Origin: Gemmatimonadales bacterium
GTDB taxonomy: Bacteria; Gemmatimonadota; Gemmatimonadetes; Gemmatimonadales; GWC2-71-9
DNA length: 64,000 nucleotides
NCBI GenBank assembly: GCA_036505175.1
Contig: DASXTV010000011.1
Span: 64,046-128,045, forward strand
Direction: 5' to 3'
The number at the start of each line of letters is the position of its first letter. Position 1 is the first letter of the stretch. Positions 17,674 through 27,700 of the stretch are shown piece after piece. A program made the position numbers and the translations under genes. A model generated the notes under the pieces. The model was not told the DNA's origin and ran no database searches. It saw nothing but the letters and a program-made list of their open reading frames with translations.

Positions 17674-19428
17674 ATGCGACTGACCATCATCGACTGGGTG
17701 ATCATCGGGCTGTACTTCGCGTTCAACATCGGGATCGGGTTCTACTACAAAGCCCGCGCCGGCAAGAGCACGGCGGAGTTCTTCCTCTCCGGACGCAACG
17801 TCCCCTGGTGGCTCGCGGGCACATCGATGGTCGCGACGACGTTCGCCGCCGACACCCCGCTCGCCGTGACCGGTTTTGTCGCGAAGAACGGTATCGCGGG
17901 GAACTGGATCTGGTGGTGCTTCCTCGCGAGCGGGATGCTCACAGTCTTCTTCTATGCGCGGCTGTGGCGCCGCGCCCAGGTGATGACGGACGTCGAGTTT
18001 GCCGAGATCCGCTACGCGGGAAAGCCCGCGGCATTCCTGCGCGGTTTTCGTGCACTCTATCTCGGGATTCCGATCAACTGCATCATCCTCGGATGGGTCA
18101 ACCTGGCGATGGTGAAGATCCTGCAGTTGATCTTCGGCATCGGCAAATTCGAAGCGCTGGTCATTGTGCTCGGAATGATCGCGCTCACCTCGGCGATTTC
18201 GACGCTCTCCGGTCTGTGGGGTGTTCTCGTCACCGACATGTTCCAGTTCGTCATCAAGATGTCGATGGTCATCATTCTCGCGGTGTTCGCGGTCAACGCC
18301 GTGGGCGGCATCGACGCGATGAAGACGAAGCTGGTGGAAGCGGGTCGCGGCGATGCGTTGGACATCGTTCCTGCCGTCGGCTCGGCGTGGATGCCGATGA
18401 TTGCGTTCTTCGTCTACATCGGCGTCAACTGGTGGGCGACCTGGTACCCCGGCGCCGAGCCCGGTGGCGGCGGCTACATCGCCCAACGGATGTTCTCGGC
18501 CAAGGACGAGCGGCACTCGTTGCTCGCCACGCTCTGGTTCAACATCGCGCACTATGCGATCCGGCCGTGGCCGTGGATTCTCGTGGCGCTTGCCTCGCTG
18601 ATTCTCTACCCGGGGCTGCAGGATCCCGAGACCGGCTACATCCGCGTGCTGATCGATCACCTGCCGGCGGCGCTGCGCGGTCTGATGGTCGCCGCATTCG
18701 CGGCTGCATACATGTCGACGATCGCGACCCAGCTGAACTGGGGCGCGAGCTACCTGGTGAACGATTTCTACCGGCGGTTTTGGAAGCGCGATCGGACCGA
18801 CGCGCACTACGTGCTGGCATCGAAGGTGGCGACGGTGGTGCTGACGATCATTTCCGCGCTCGTCACGCTCAAGCTGGAATCCATCGCCGGGGCGTGGAAG
18901 CTGCTCATCGTGACCGGCGCGGGAACGGGCGGCGTGCTGCTGCTACGCTGGTATTGGTGGCGCATCAATGCGTGGAGCGAGGTGTCGGCGATGGTGTCCG
19001 CGTTTGTGGTCTCGCTGTTCCTGCAGCTTGCTCTCGGGTTGGACAATGACAAGCCGATCGACTTCGCGCGGATCATGCTCATCACTGTGGCGGTCACGAC
19101 AGTCGTGTGGCTGGCCGTCACCTTCCTCACCAAACCGGAGCCGCAGGAGAAACTTGTCGCGTTCTACCGGCGCACGCGTCCGTCGCGCGCCGGCTGGGCG
19201 CCCATCGCCGCGCACGCACCCGAGGTGAAAGTTGCGGGCGGCGGTCTCGCGAATCTGGTCGACTGGATCGCGGGATTAGTGCTGGTGTACGGTGTGCTCT
19301 TCGGCGTCGGCAAGCTACTGCTCCACGAACTGCTGCCGGGATTGCTGCTGCTTGCTTTCGGCTTGCTGGGCGGATTTGTGATCTATCGCGACCTGTCGCG
19401 GCGCGGGTGGGCTACGGTGGTGGAGTGA
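17674..19428 (+). CDS. sodium:solute symporter family transporter
   Basis: ATG 17674 preceded by GGAGG. MRLTIIDWVIIGLYFAFNIGIGFYY...FFLSGRNVPWWLAGTSMVATTFAADTP. Confidence 0.9.
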   Translation: MRLTIIDWVIIGLYFAFNIGIGFYYKARAGKSTAEFFLSGRNVPWWLAGTSMVATTFAADTPLAVTGFVAKNGIAGNWIWWCFLASGMLTVFFYARLWRRAQVMTDVEFAEIRYAGKPAAFLRGFRALYLGIPINCIILGWVNLAMVKILQLIFGIGKFEALVIVLGMIALTSAISTLSGLWGVLVTDMFQFVIKMSMVIILAVFAVNAVGGIDAMKTKLVEAGRGDALDIVPAVGSAWMPMIAFFVYIGVNWWATWYPGAEPGGGGYIAQRMFSAKDERHSLLATLWFNIAHYAIRPWPWILVALASLILYPGLQDPETGYIRVLIDHLPAALRGLMVAAFAAAYMSTIATQLNWGASYLVNDFYRRFWKRDRTDAHYVLASKVATVVLTIISALVTLKLESIAGAWKLLIVTGAGTGGVLLLRWYWWRINAWSEVSAMVSAFVVSLFLQLALGLDNDKPIDFARIMLITVAVTTVVWLAVTFLTKPEPQEKLVAFYRRTRPSRAGWAPIAAHAPEVKVAGGGLANLVDWIAGLVLVYGVLFGVGKLLLHELLPGLLLLAFGLLGGFVIYRDLSRRGWATVVE

Positions 19429-20611
19429 GCGCGTCGTTGGCGAGGTCGGCCACGCGCCGCCGAACCTGAAGAATCTTGGTGTTCGCGCGCGTGGGGTTCA
19501 CGCGGTTGGTGAGCAGAATGATGAAGACGTTCTTGTCGGGGTCGAGCCAGATGGACGTGCCGGTGAAGCCGGTGTGTCCGAAGGCGTTCGGCCCCATTTT
19601 CGTTCCGGCGCTCGAGTTTTCCGAGGGCGTGTCCCAGCCGAGCGCGCGGGAGGAGCCGGCCGGAATGTTTTGACGTTGGGTGAACGTTTGAACGACGGGC
19701 GGCGAAAGGCGGCGCGGGGCGGCGAAGGGCGGCGTCCGTGCGGCTCGCACGTCGAGGAGCCATTGCGCGAATCGCGCCAAATCGGGAGCTGTACTGAACA
19801 GCCCCGCGTGGCCCGACACCCCGCCTAAACGTCCCGCATTCTCGTCATGCACCTCGCCCCACAACAGGCGATGCCGGAAGACGGTGTCTTGCTCGGTCGG
19901 CGCGATGCGTTCGCGCCAACTCTCCGGCGGTAGGTAGCGGGTCGACGGCATGCCGAGTGGCCCAAAGAGTCGCGAGTCCAAAAAATCGTTGAGACGCTGG
20001 CCCGTGATCGCCTCGACCGCCTGGGTCAGGACCATGGCGCCGAGATCGGAGTAGACGAAGGTGTCGCCGGGCTGACGGAGGAGGGGCGTCGTGTCCACCA
20101 GCGCCAGCGCTTCCTCGCGCGTCTTGGCTTCCGCGTAGAGCGGTCGCCAGGCGGGCAATCCCGAAGAGTGCGTGAGGAGGTGGCGGATCAGCACGCGGTC
20201 CTTGTTCGCTCCCTGAAACGCGGGTACGTAACGCTGCACCGGGGCGTCGAGATCGAGCTTGCTCGCATCGACGAGCATCATGGCCGCGGTCGTCAGGCCG
20301 ATAACCTTGGTCAGTGACGCGAGATCGTAAATCGTTTCCGGCGTGACCGGTCTGCGATCATCTGCGCCGTAGTGCCCCACCGCCGCGAGAAGGACGACGC
20401 TGTCGCGATAGCCCACGGCAACGACGGCCCCGGGAAACGCGCTGTCTACCTGCGATCGCAAGTAGGTGACGACGGGCTCGAACCGACCGTATGACTGCTG
20501 CGCCGTGATGGGTGGGACAGGACGTTGCTGTGCACAGGCCCCCGTCGCCAACGCGAGCAACGTCAGCACCTCGGCCGCCCTCCACCGCCCTTCGCCGCCC
20601 TTCGCGGTCAC
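19412..20611 (-). CDS. beta-lactamase-fold serine hydrolase, probable lipoprotein (AmiE/YbbE-like candidate)
   Basis: GTG 20611 overlaps the GH3 stop (GTGA) and gives (M)TAKGGEGRWRAAEVLTLLALATGAC. SxxK motif ASLTK and HLLTHSSGL motif. The track ORF 19412..22324 is read-through. Confidence 0.85.
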   Translation of the reverse strand: MTAKGGEGRWRAAEVLTLLALATGACAQQRPVPPITAQQSYGRFEPVVTYLRSQVDSAFPGAVVAVGYRDSVVLLAAVGHYGADDRRPVTPETIYDLASLTKVIGLTTAAMMLVDASKLDLDAPVQRYVPAFQGANKDRVLIRHLLTHSSGLPAWRPLYAEAKTREEALALVDTTPLLRQPGDTFVYSDLGAMVLTQAVEAITGQRLNDFLDSRLFGPLGMPSTRYLPPESWRERIAPTEQDTVFRHRLLWGEVHDENAGRLGGVSGHAGLFSTAPDLARFAQWLLDVRAARTPPFAAPRRLSPPVVQTFTQRQNIPAGSSRALGWDTPSENSSAGTKMGPNAFGHTGFTGTSIWLDPDKNVFIILLTNRVNPTRANTKILQVRRRVADLANDALTPPP

Positions 20612-22365
20612 GGCATGATGACGTGCGCCGGCGGTTTCGGCGGCGGCAGCGTCGAATCGGAGAACACGAGCCCATGGCCGATGGGATACGCCGGCGGGAT
20701 GCGAATCGGCAATTTCCCCCGCACCGGCGACCAGCCGAGCAGCGCGCGCGCCGCGGCACGCTCGGCGGGGCGCACGCCGCTCCAGGCGATCAGATACGAC
20801 TTCACCGTCGGCGTCTGGTTCAGCAGGTAGGGACTGCCGAGCGAGACGAGCACGGTCGGCTTCACCGAATCCGTCACGGTGATGAGGCGCGCGAGCGAAT
20901 CGGGCAGCGCGATGCTGCCCTTCGCCGCGATCGGCCGCACGTTCGTCGCGAAGATCACGGTGGGTGCGCGACCGATCACCACGCGTGCCGAGTCGTAGGA
21001 CGCGGTGCCCGACATCGGCCAAAGGCGGAAGAAGCCGACCGTGTCGCCGCCGGCGCGCATGAGCTCGAGCATGCGCTGCCCGACATAGCTGTTCAGCTCG
21101 TCGCCGTACGCGATGATGGCCATGCGGCTCCGCGCGCCGCGCAGCCGCGCCACGATACCGCTGGTGTCCCGCACGAGGGTCAGGGACCGTTGCGCGATGT
21201 CGTCCGCGGCATCCTGGAAGGACTTCGAGCCGACGATGCGCGCGATCGAGTCGAGCGGCACGGTCCGCCGCTCGAACAGGCCCAGCTGCCGCTTGATCGC
21301 GAGCACGCGGTTGACGGACGAATCGAGGCGCGCGGTGGTGAGGCGCCCGCTCTGCAGTGCCGCCAGCATCGACGCGATCGCCGAGTCGGGATCGGCAGGC
21401 ATGAGGAGGAGATCGGAGCCGGCCTGGAATGCGCGCACGGCCGCCTCGCCCGCGCCGTACTTGGCGACGATCGCGCCCATCTGCAGCGCATCGGTCACCA
21501 CGAGGCCCTTGAACTTGAGCGAGTCGCGCAGCACGCCCGTGAGCATCGCGGCCGACAGCGTCGCGGGGGCGTCGCCGGTGAACGCGGGGAATGCGATATG
21601 CGCGCTCATCACGACCTGCGCGCCGGCGTCGATGCCGGCGCGGAACGGCACCAGCTCGACGGAGTCGAGTCGGGCATAGTCGACCCGAATCGAGGGCAGA
21701 CCGATGTGCGAGTCCGCATCCGTGTCGCCATGGCCGGGGAAGTGTTTCAACGTGGCGAGCATGCCGTTGTCCTGCAGTCCGCGCACGTAAGCGCGCACGA
21801 GCTGCGCGACGGCGCGCGGGTCCTCGCCGAAGGAGCGGGTGTTGATGATGGGATTCAGCGGGTTGTTGTTGACGTCGGCATCGGGCGCGAAATTCACGTG
21901 AATGCCGACGGCGCGGCCCTCGCGCGCAGCGACGCGCCCGATCGTGTAAGCATCCCGCTCGTTGCCGGTCGCGCCGGCGGCCATGATGTAGGGAAACGCG
22001 GTCGCGCCGACGACGCGCATCGCCGCGCCCCACTCCAGATCGGCGGAGACGAGCAGCGGGAGTTTGGAGCGCCGCTGCAGCGTGTTGAGTTTCGCCGCGA
22101 TGTCGTAGGGCGAGCCGACGGAGATGATGATGCCGCCGACCTCGAGCGTGTCGACCCAGCGCGTCGCGATCTGGAAGGCGGAATCGTCCAACGCCATGTA
22201 GTTTCCGCCCAGCCAGGGCACCACGAGCTGCGCCACTTTTTGGCGCGTGCTGAGCTTCCCGAGCACCGCGTCGACGGTGACCGGTTGCGGCGGGCGGGGA
22301 GCGGTCGTCGAGCGTCCACCACACGCCGCCACGAGCGTAATCATCAGGAGTCTATGCGCGCGCAT
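20608..22365 (-). CDS. nagZ: glycoside hydrolase family 3 beta-N-acetylhexosaminidase, two-domain, lipoprotein-like signal
   Basis: KHFPGHGDTDADSHIGLP catalytic-region motif. N-terminus MRAHRLLMITLVAACGG. 585 aa. Confidence 0.85.
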   Translation of the reverse strand: MRAHRLLMITLVAACGGRSTTAPRPPQPVTVDAVLGKLSTRQKVAQLVVPWLGGNYMALDDSAFQIATRWVDTLEVGGIIISVGSPYDIAAKLNTLQRRSKLPLLVSADLEWGAAMRVVGATAFPYIMAAGATGNERDAYTIGRVAAREGRAVGIHVNFAPDADVNNNPLNPIINTRSFGEDPRAVAQLVRAYVRGLQDNGMLATLKHFPGHGDTDADSHIGLPSIRVDYARLDSVELVPFRAGIDAGAQVVMSAHIAFPAFTGDAPATLSAAMLTGVLRDSLKFKGLVVTDALQMGAIVAKYGAGEAAVRAFQAGSDLLLMPADPDSAIASMLAALQSGRLTTARLDSSVNRVLAIKRQLGLFERRTVPLDSIARIVGSKSFQDAADDIAQRSLTLVRDTSGIVARLRGARSRMAIIAYGDELNSYVGQRMLELMRAGGDTVGFFRLWPMSGTASYDSARVVIGRAPTVIFATNVRPIAAKGSIALPDSLARLITVTDSVKPTVLVSLGSPYLLNQTPTVKSYLIAWSGVRPAERAAARALLGWSPVRGKLPIRIPPAYPIGHGLVFSDSTLPPPKPPAHVIMP

Positions 22366-23586
22366 CGTCTCTTCTGGATTGTGTTGGGAATCGGGTGTTC
22401 CGGCGGAACACGCCTCCCGTCACCGGCCGTCGCCCAGGTGCGCCCGGGCATCGAGACACTGCTTTCCGACTCCGCACACCTCATCGCCGGCAAGCGTCTC
22501 GGTCTACTGACAAATAACACCGGCGTCGATCACCTCGGTCGCCGCGATGTCGATCTCCTGCGCGCGGCGGTCGGCGCACGGCTGACGGTCTTGTTCAGCC
22601 CCGAGCACGGCTTTCGCGGCACGGAAGATCGCTCCGGACTTCCCGACGGCACCGATTCCGCCACGGGTCTCCCAATCTACAGTCTCTATGGCGGATCGCG
22701 TACCGCCGCGCGAGCCGCGGTCGATTCCATCGACGTGCTCCTGATCGACCTGCAGGACATCGGCGCCCGCTATTACACGTACATCGGGACGACCGTACAG
22801 CTGATGCGCGATGCAACGCGCGCCCGCAAACGGGTCATCGTGCTCGATCGCCCCGATCCTGTCGGCGGGACAGCAGTGCACGGCAACGTGCGCGCGCGGG
22901 CCGGCGATCCTGATTCGCTCTTTTCGGGCTTCATGCCGGTCGCCATGCGATATGGTATGACACTCGGCGAGCTGGCGCGGCTGGCCAACGATGTCATGGC
23001 GCTCGGCACGGATCTCGTGGTCGTGCCCGCGCTCGGATGGAATCGCACGATGTTCTATGACCAGACGGGTCTCCCGTGGGTGAAACCGTCGCCCAACATG
23101 CCCGACATCGAGAGCGCGTTGCTCTATCCCGGCACCTGCTTGTTCGAGGGCACCAACGTGTCGGTGGGGCGGGGAACCCCGATGGCATTTCAGGTGCTGG
23201 GCGCGCCGTGGCTCGATCCCGATTCCGTCATCCGGCGGTTGGACAAATCGGCGCTGATTGGCGTTGACATCGAGTCGACGGCGTTCACCCCGGTCGGGCC
23301 GACTGACTTCAAGTACGCTGGGATCGCGCTGCGTGGCGTACGGCTCAGGGTGCGCGATCGAGCGCACTACGACCCCACGAAGCTCGCCGTCGCGTTGCTT
23401 GCAGCTATTCGTGCCGCTCACCCAACGCAGTTCCAATTCCGGGCGCAGAGCTTCGATCGGCTTGCGGCAGGGCCGGAGCTGCGGACGGCGCTGGAGGCGG
23501 GGCGGCCGCTGTCCGAGATTTGGGATTCGTGGGCCCCTGATCTCGAGCGGTTTCGCCGGGCTCGTGCGAAATATCTGATTTACTAG
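22354..23586 (+). CDS. namZ: DUF1343 family protein (exo-beta-N-acetylmuramidase NamZ/YbbC-like)
   Basis: ATG 22354 (AGGAG upstream) gives MRAHRLFWIVLGIGCSGG. The LLTNNTGVD, FSPEHGFRG and DLQDIGARYYTY motifs are characteristic of DUF1343. The track ORF 20512..23586 is read-through. Confidence 0.8.
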   Translation: MRAHRLFWIVLGIGCSGGTRLPSPAVAQVRPGIETLLSDSAHLIAGKRLGLLTNNTGVDHLGRRDVDLLRAAVGARLTVLFSPEHGFRGTEDRSGLPDGTDSATGLPIYSLYGGSRTAARAAVDSIDVLLIDLQDIGARYYTYIGTTVQLMRDATRARKRVIVLDRPDPVGGTAVHGNVRARAGDPDSLFSGFMPVAMRYGMTLGELARLANDVMALGTDLVVVPALGWNRTMFYDQTGLPWVKPSPNMPDIESALLYPGTCLFEGTNVSVGRGTPMAFQVLGAPWLDPDSVIRRLDKSALIGVDIESTAFTPVGPTDFKYAGIALRGVRLRVRDRAHYDPTKLAVALLAAIRAAHPTQFQFRAQSFDRLAAGPELRTALEAGRPLSEIWDSWAPDLERFRRARAKYLIY

Positions 23587-23594
23587 ATTAGGCC

Positions 23595-24281
23595 ATGGCC
23601 GAGCGACGCTACAACGACAAAGAGATCGCCGCAATCTTTCGCGCAGCAACAGAAGTGCCCCAGAGTCCGCAGCGCGAGGTCTCGCGCGAGGAAGGGTTGA
23701 CGCTCGCCGACCTCCAGGCGATCGGCCGCGAGGTGGGCATTTCGTCCGACGCGGTCGCGCACGCTGCCCAGGCCCTCGATGTGCGACTCGACGCCGCATC
23801 GCGGACGTTTCTGGGGCTCCCGATCGGTGTGGGCCGGACGGTCAACCTCAATCGCGAGCTCAGTGATGCGGAGTGGGAGCGCCTGGTTGTGCAGCTGCGT
23901 GAGGTTTTCAACGCTCGCGGCACGACGCGCTCCGAAGGCTCGCTCAGGCAGTGGACGAATGGCAACCTGCAGGTCCTCCTCGAACCCACGGAGACCGGCC
24001 ATCGCCTCCGCTTTCGTACGATGCACGGCGCCGCTCGTGCGTCGATCGGCGCCGGCTTCGCGTTCCTCGGCGTCGCCGCGACGATCACGATTGTGAGTGC
24101 GATCGGTGGCACACTGGGTGACGCGCTTCCAGGAATCGCGTTCCTGTCCTTCACCGGTGTCGGGATGATTGCCGCCGGCGCACTACGGCTGCCGAGGTGG
24201 GCGCGCTTGCGCGGGCGTCAAATGGAAGCGCTCGCGGCTCGGGTCGCGCTTCCCCCGGATTCCCCTGCGCACAAGACATGA
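23595..24281 (+). CDS. hypothetical membrane protein (soluble N-domain, 2 C-terminal TM helices)
   Basis: 228-aa ORF with good GC3; TM segments GAGFAFLGVAATITIVSAIGG and IAFLSFTGVGMIAAGAL. No family recognised. Confidence 0.55.
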   Translation: MAERRYNDKEIAAIFRAATEVPQSPQREVSREEGLTLADLQAIGREVGISSDAVAHAAQALDVRLDAASRTFLGLPIGVGRTVNLNRELSDAEWERLVVQLREVFNARGTTRSEGSLRQWTNGNLQVLLEPTETGHRLRFRTMHGAARASIGAGFAFLGVAATITIVSAIGGTLGDALPGIAFLSFTGVGMIAAGALRLPRWARLRGRQMEALAARVALPPDSPAHKT

Positions 24282-24334
24282 CCGAGGCAACGGCTGACTG
24301 ACACTCAGCCGAGGCCGCTCGCGTAGATTACGGA

Positions 24335-24565
24335 ATGCGAAAAGACAAACGACGTCGCAAGAACGCCGCCGACACTTCACTTCCGCCACCTCCACCACGA
24401 GAACCCATTCGGCTGCCTCAACGACGCCCGGTGTCACCCCCGGTGGTAGATCCCTCGTTGTGGCGTGAGCTGGTTCACACACTGCGACATGCAGCGGGAG
24501 CGGTGCTCGATATGGCGGATGCCGCAGTCGATGCGTTGCGAAAGCAGTTGGAACGTCGCGCGTAA
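24335..24565 (+). CDS. possible small basic/proline-rich protein
   Basis: 76-aa ORF in an otherwise empty 436-bp gap. Weak RBS; no family recognised. Confidence 0.25.
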   Translation: MRKDKRRRKNAADTSLPPPPPREPIRLPQRRPVSPPVVDPSLWRELVHTLRHAAGAVLDMADAAVDALRKQLERRA

Positions 24566-24716
24566 CAGAGCGCCCGCGCGTCCGGCCCGCGAACTGGTGA
24601 CCCCCTTCACAGAGTTCCTGAGTCCTGTAGCGTAACGCTCTACGGCGCCTTGCCGACTCAGCCCACGGGTTCGATACTCGTGGGCTCCTCTTTGGGACTC
24701 GAACGCAGGAGTCGCC

Positions 24717-27700
24717 ATGGTTGCCGCTCGCAGGCTGACCCGCGCTGCCGTCGTCGTCTTGATCGTCGCCGGCAGCGCCGTCTGGTATGCTTGCGGCCGC
24801 AGGACAGATGGCCCGACCGGTCCCGCGTTCAATGCCCCCGATTTTCGCAGTGCCATGGCGATCCAGCGGCGCCACACGGAGGCGCTCCTCGACATTCCGG
24901 GCGTCGTGGGAACTGCGGTAACCCTGCTGCCCGACGGCCGCCCCGCCATGCAGATCCTGCTGGAACGCCCCGGCGTCGCGGGGCTGCCGGTGGTGCTCGA
25001 AGGCATTCCCGTCACGCAACGCGTGACCGGCCGGCTCATGGCGTTCAGCGATCCCACCCGGCGGCAGCGGCCGGCCCCCATGGGCTTTTCGGTCGGGCAT
25101 CCGGCGATCACGGCCGGGACCATCGGCGCGCGCGTGCGTGACGCCCTGGGACGCGTGTACATCCTCTCCAACAACCACGTGCTGGCCAACTCGAACGGCG
25201 CCAACATCGGCGATCCCGAGTACCAGCCCGGTCCGTTCGACGGCGGCACGAGCGCCGATCAGATCGCCACACTGACAGACTTTCAGGTGATCTCGTTCGC
25301 CGCCAACGGCAGCAACACCATCGACGCCGCGATCGCGCTGTCCAGCACGGCGGTGCTGGACAATGCAACGCCCGCGGACGACGGCTACAGCATGCCGAGC
25401 TCGACGATCTACGGGGACGCGAACGGCGACGGCCTGTTCGATGACACCAATGCGCTCCTCGGTCTCAACGTGCAGAAGTATGGCCGCACCACGCGCCTCA
25501 CGCACGGCCAGATCACCGGCGTCAACGCAACGGTGACTATTTGTTACGAGGTCTCAGGGTTCACCTGCACCAAGACCGCGCGCTACGTCGACCAGCTGAT
25601 CATCTCGCCAGGAACGTTCAGCGGCGGCGGGGACTCGGGCTCGCTCATCGTGACCGATGACGCGAACCTCAATCCGGTGGGTCTGCTGTTCGCGGGAAGC
25701 TCATCGGTGACCATCGCCAACCGCATCGATCTCGTCCTGCTCCGATTCGGCGTGACGATCGACGGGTCCGAGCCGCCGCCGCCCGGTCCGCTGACCGACC
25801 TGTCCCTCACGAGCGTCAGTGCACCGAGTACGGTGGTGCAGGGCAGTACCTCCAGCATCACCGTGAGCGTGAAGAACGTCGGCAATCAGGACGTCTCCAG
25901 CTTCGACGTCACGCTGCAGGACACCACCGAGCACGTGACGCTCGGCACGCAAACGGTCGGCGGACTGGTCGCCGGCGCCAGCACCACGCTGACCTTCGCC
26001 TGGACGCCGAGTACCACGGGCGAGCACGTGCTCGTGGCGCGGCAGCTGCGCTCGGACGACAGGGCTACGAACGACCAGCGCGCCGTAACGATACCCGTCA
26101 ACGCACCGGTGACCGACATCGCGGTGGCGAGCTTCAGCGGACCTACCGCGGTGACCGTAGGCCACGGCGCCAACATCGGCGTGACGGTCACCAACGTCGG
26201 CAACCAGAACGTGACGAGCGACATTGCCGTCACCCTGCAGGATTCGACGGCCGGCGTTACGCTCGGCACGCAGATGATCGCCGGGCTCGCGGCGGGTGCC
26301 AGCACGACGCTCGTCTTCAGCTGGAACACCACCGGCGCTGCCCTGGGCGGTCACACGCTCGTGGCAACGCACGCTCTGACCGACGACAACGCCGCCAACA
26401 ACCGGCGGACAACCGTGGTCACGGTGAATCCCAAGCCAACCGATATCGCTCTGACGGGAATCACCGCGCCGCGCTCGGTGGCCCAGGGAGAGACGGCACA
26501 CGTCGTGGTCACGGTTCAGAACGTGGGCGAGGTGGATGCCACGACGCCCTTCGCCGTCGACCTGCTTGACGGGTGGGCGGGCCCCACGGTCGGCACGGCA
26601 ACGGTGTCGGGTCTCCCGGTGGGGGCGACTGCCACGGTCGATATCGCGTGGAACACCGCCGGGGCGGAAATCACTGGGCACACCCTGTTCGCGACGCAGA
26701 GGCTGCCCGACGACGTCTCGACGAACAACACGATCGGGATCGCGGTGAACGTGACCGCGCCGCCACCACCGGGTCCGCCGCCCCCGCCGCCGCCGCCGCC
26801 ACCGCCCCCGCCGGGAACGGACGTCGCCGTCACGGGGATAACCGCGCCCGCACGCGTGACGCAAGGAGACACCGCACACGTCGTGGTCACGGTGCAGAAC
26901 GTGGGCGGGCAGGACGTCACGACGAACTTCGACGTCGTGTTGACCGACGGGTTTAACGGACCGACGCTCGGCACGCAGACGATCGCCGGGCTCGCCGTTG
27001 GCGTGAGCGTGACGCGGACATTCGACTGGAACACCGCCGGCGCGGCAGTCACCGGGCACACCCTGTTCGCCACGCAGAAGCTGGCCGACAGCAACTCGGG
27101 AAACAACAGCGCCGGCATCGGGGTCATCGTGCAAGCCCCGCCGGTAACGGACGTCGCCGTGAGCAGCGTCGTCGCGCCGAGCGCGGTGACGCAGGGGAGC
27201 ACCGCGTCCATCGGGGTGACGGTTCAAAACGTGGGCGGTGTAAATGTCAGCGGCAGCTTTGATGTCGTCCTGACCGACTCGACCGCGGGCGTGACACTCG
27301 GCACACAGACGGTGACGGGGCTTGCCGTTGGCGCCACCGCCACGCGCACCTTCAGCTGGAATACCACGAGCGCTGCACTGGGCGGCCACACGCTCGTGGC
27401 GTCTCACACCCTGTCCGACACCAACGCCGCGAACAACCAGCGCTCCGCGACCGTCACGGTGAACGCTCCGGTGACCGATGTCGCCGTGAGCGGCGTGAGC
27501 GCTCCGAGCTCGGTGATTCAGGGCAATCCTGTCATGATCGGTGTCACCGTGCAGAACGTGGGCGGGCAGAATGTCAGTAGCAGCTTCGATGTCGTGCTTA
27601 CCGACGCAACGGCCGGTGTGACGATCGGTACTCAGAGCGTCCCAGGGTTGGCGATCGGCGCGACCGCCACGCGCTCCTTCACCTGGAGCACCACCGGCGC

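Noticed and set aside
19412-23586. Two very long ORFs, 19412..22324(-) 970 aa and 20512..23586(+) 1024 aa, taken at face value as giant proteins.
   Set aside because: Only the C-terminal parts have family motifs (beta-lactamase fold; DUF1343). The N-terminal parts run antisense or out of frame through the GH3 gene and are Arg-rich junk. Good internal starts with signal peptides exist at 20611 and 22354.
24660-24716. T-loop-like motifs (GGGTTCGATAC on plus, GCGTTCGAGTCC on minus) considered as a tRNA gene or tRNA fragment marking an integration site.
   Set aside because: No acceptor stem complement, D-arm or anticodon arm can be drawn. There is no similarity to the 3' end of the tRNA-Leu in the window. 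No integrase or mobile genes are nearby.
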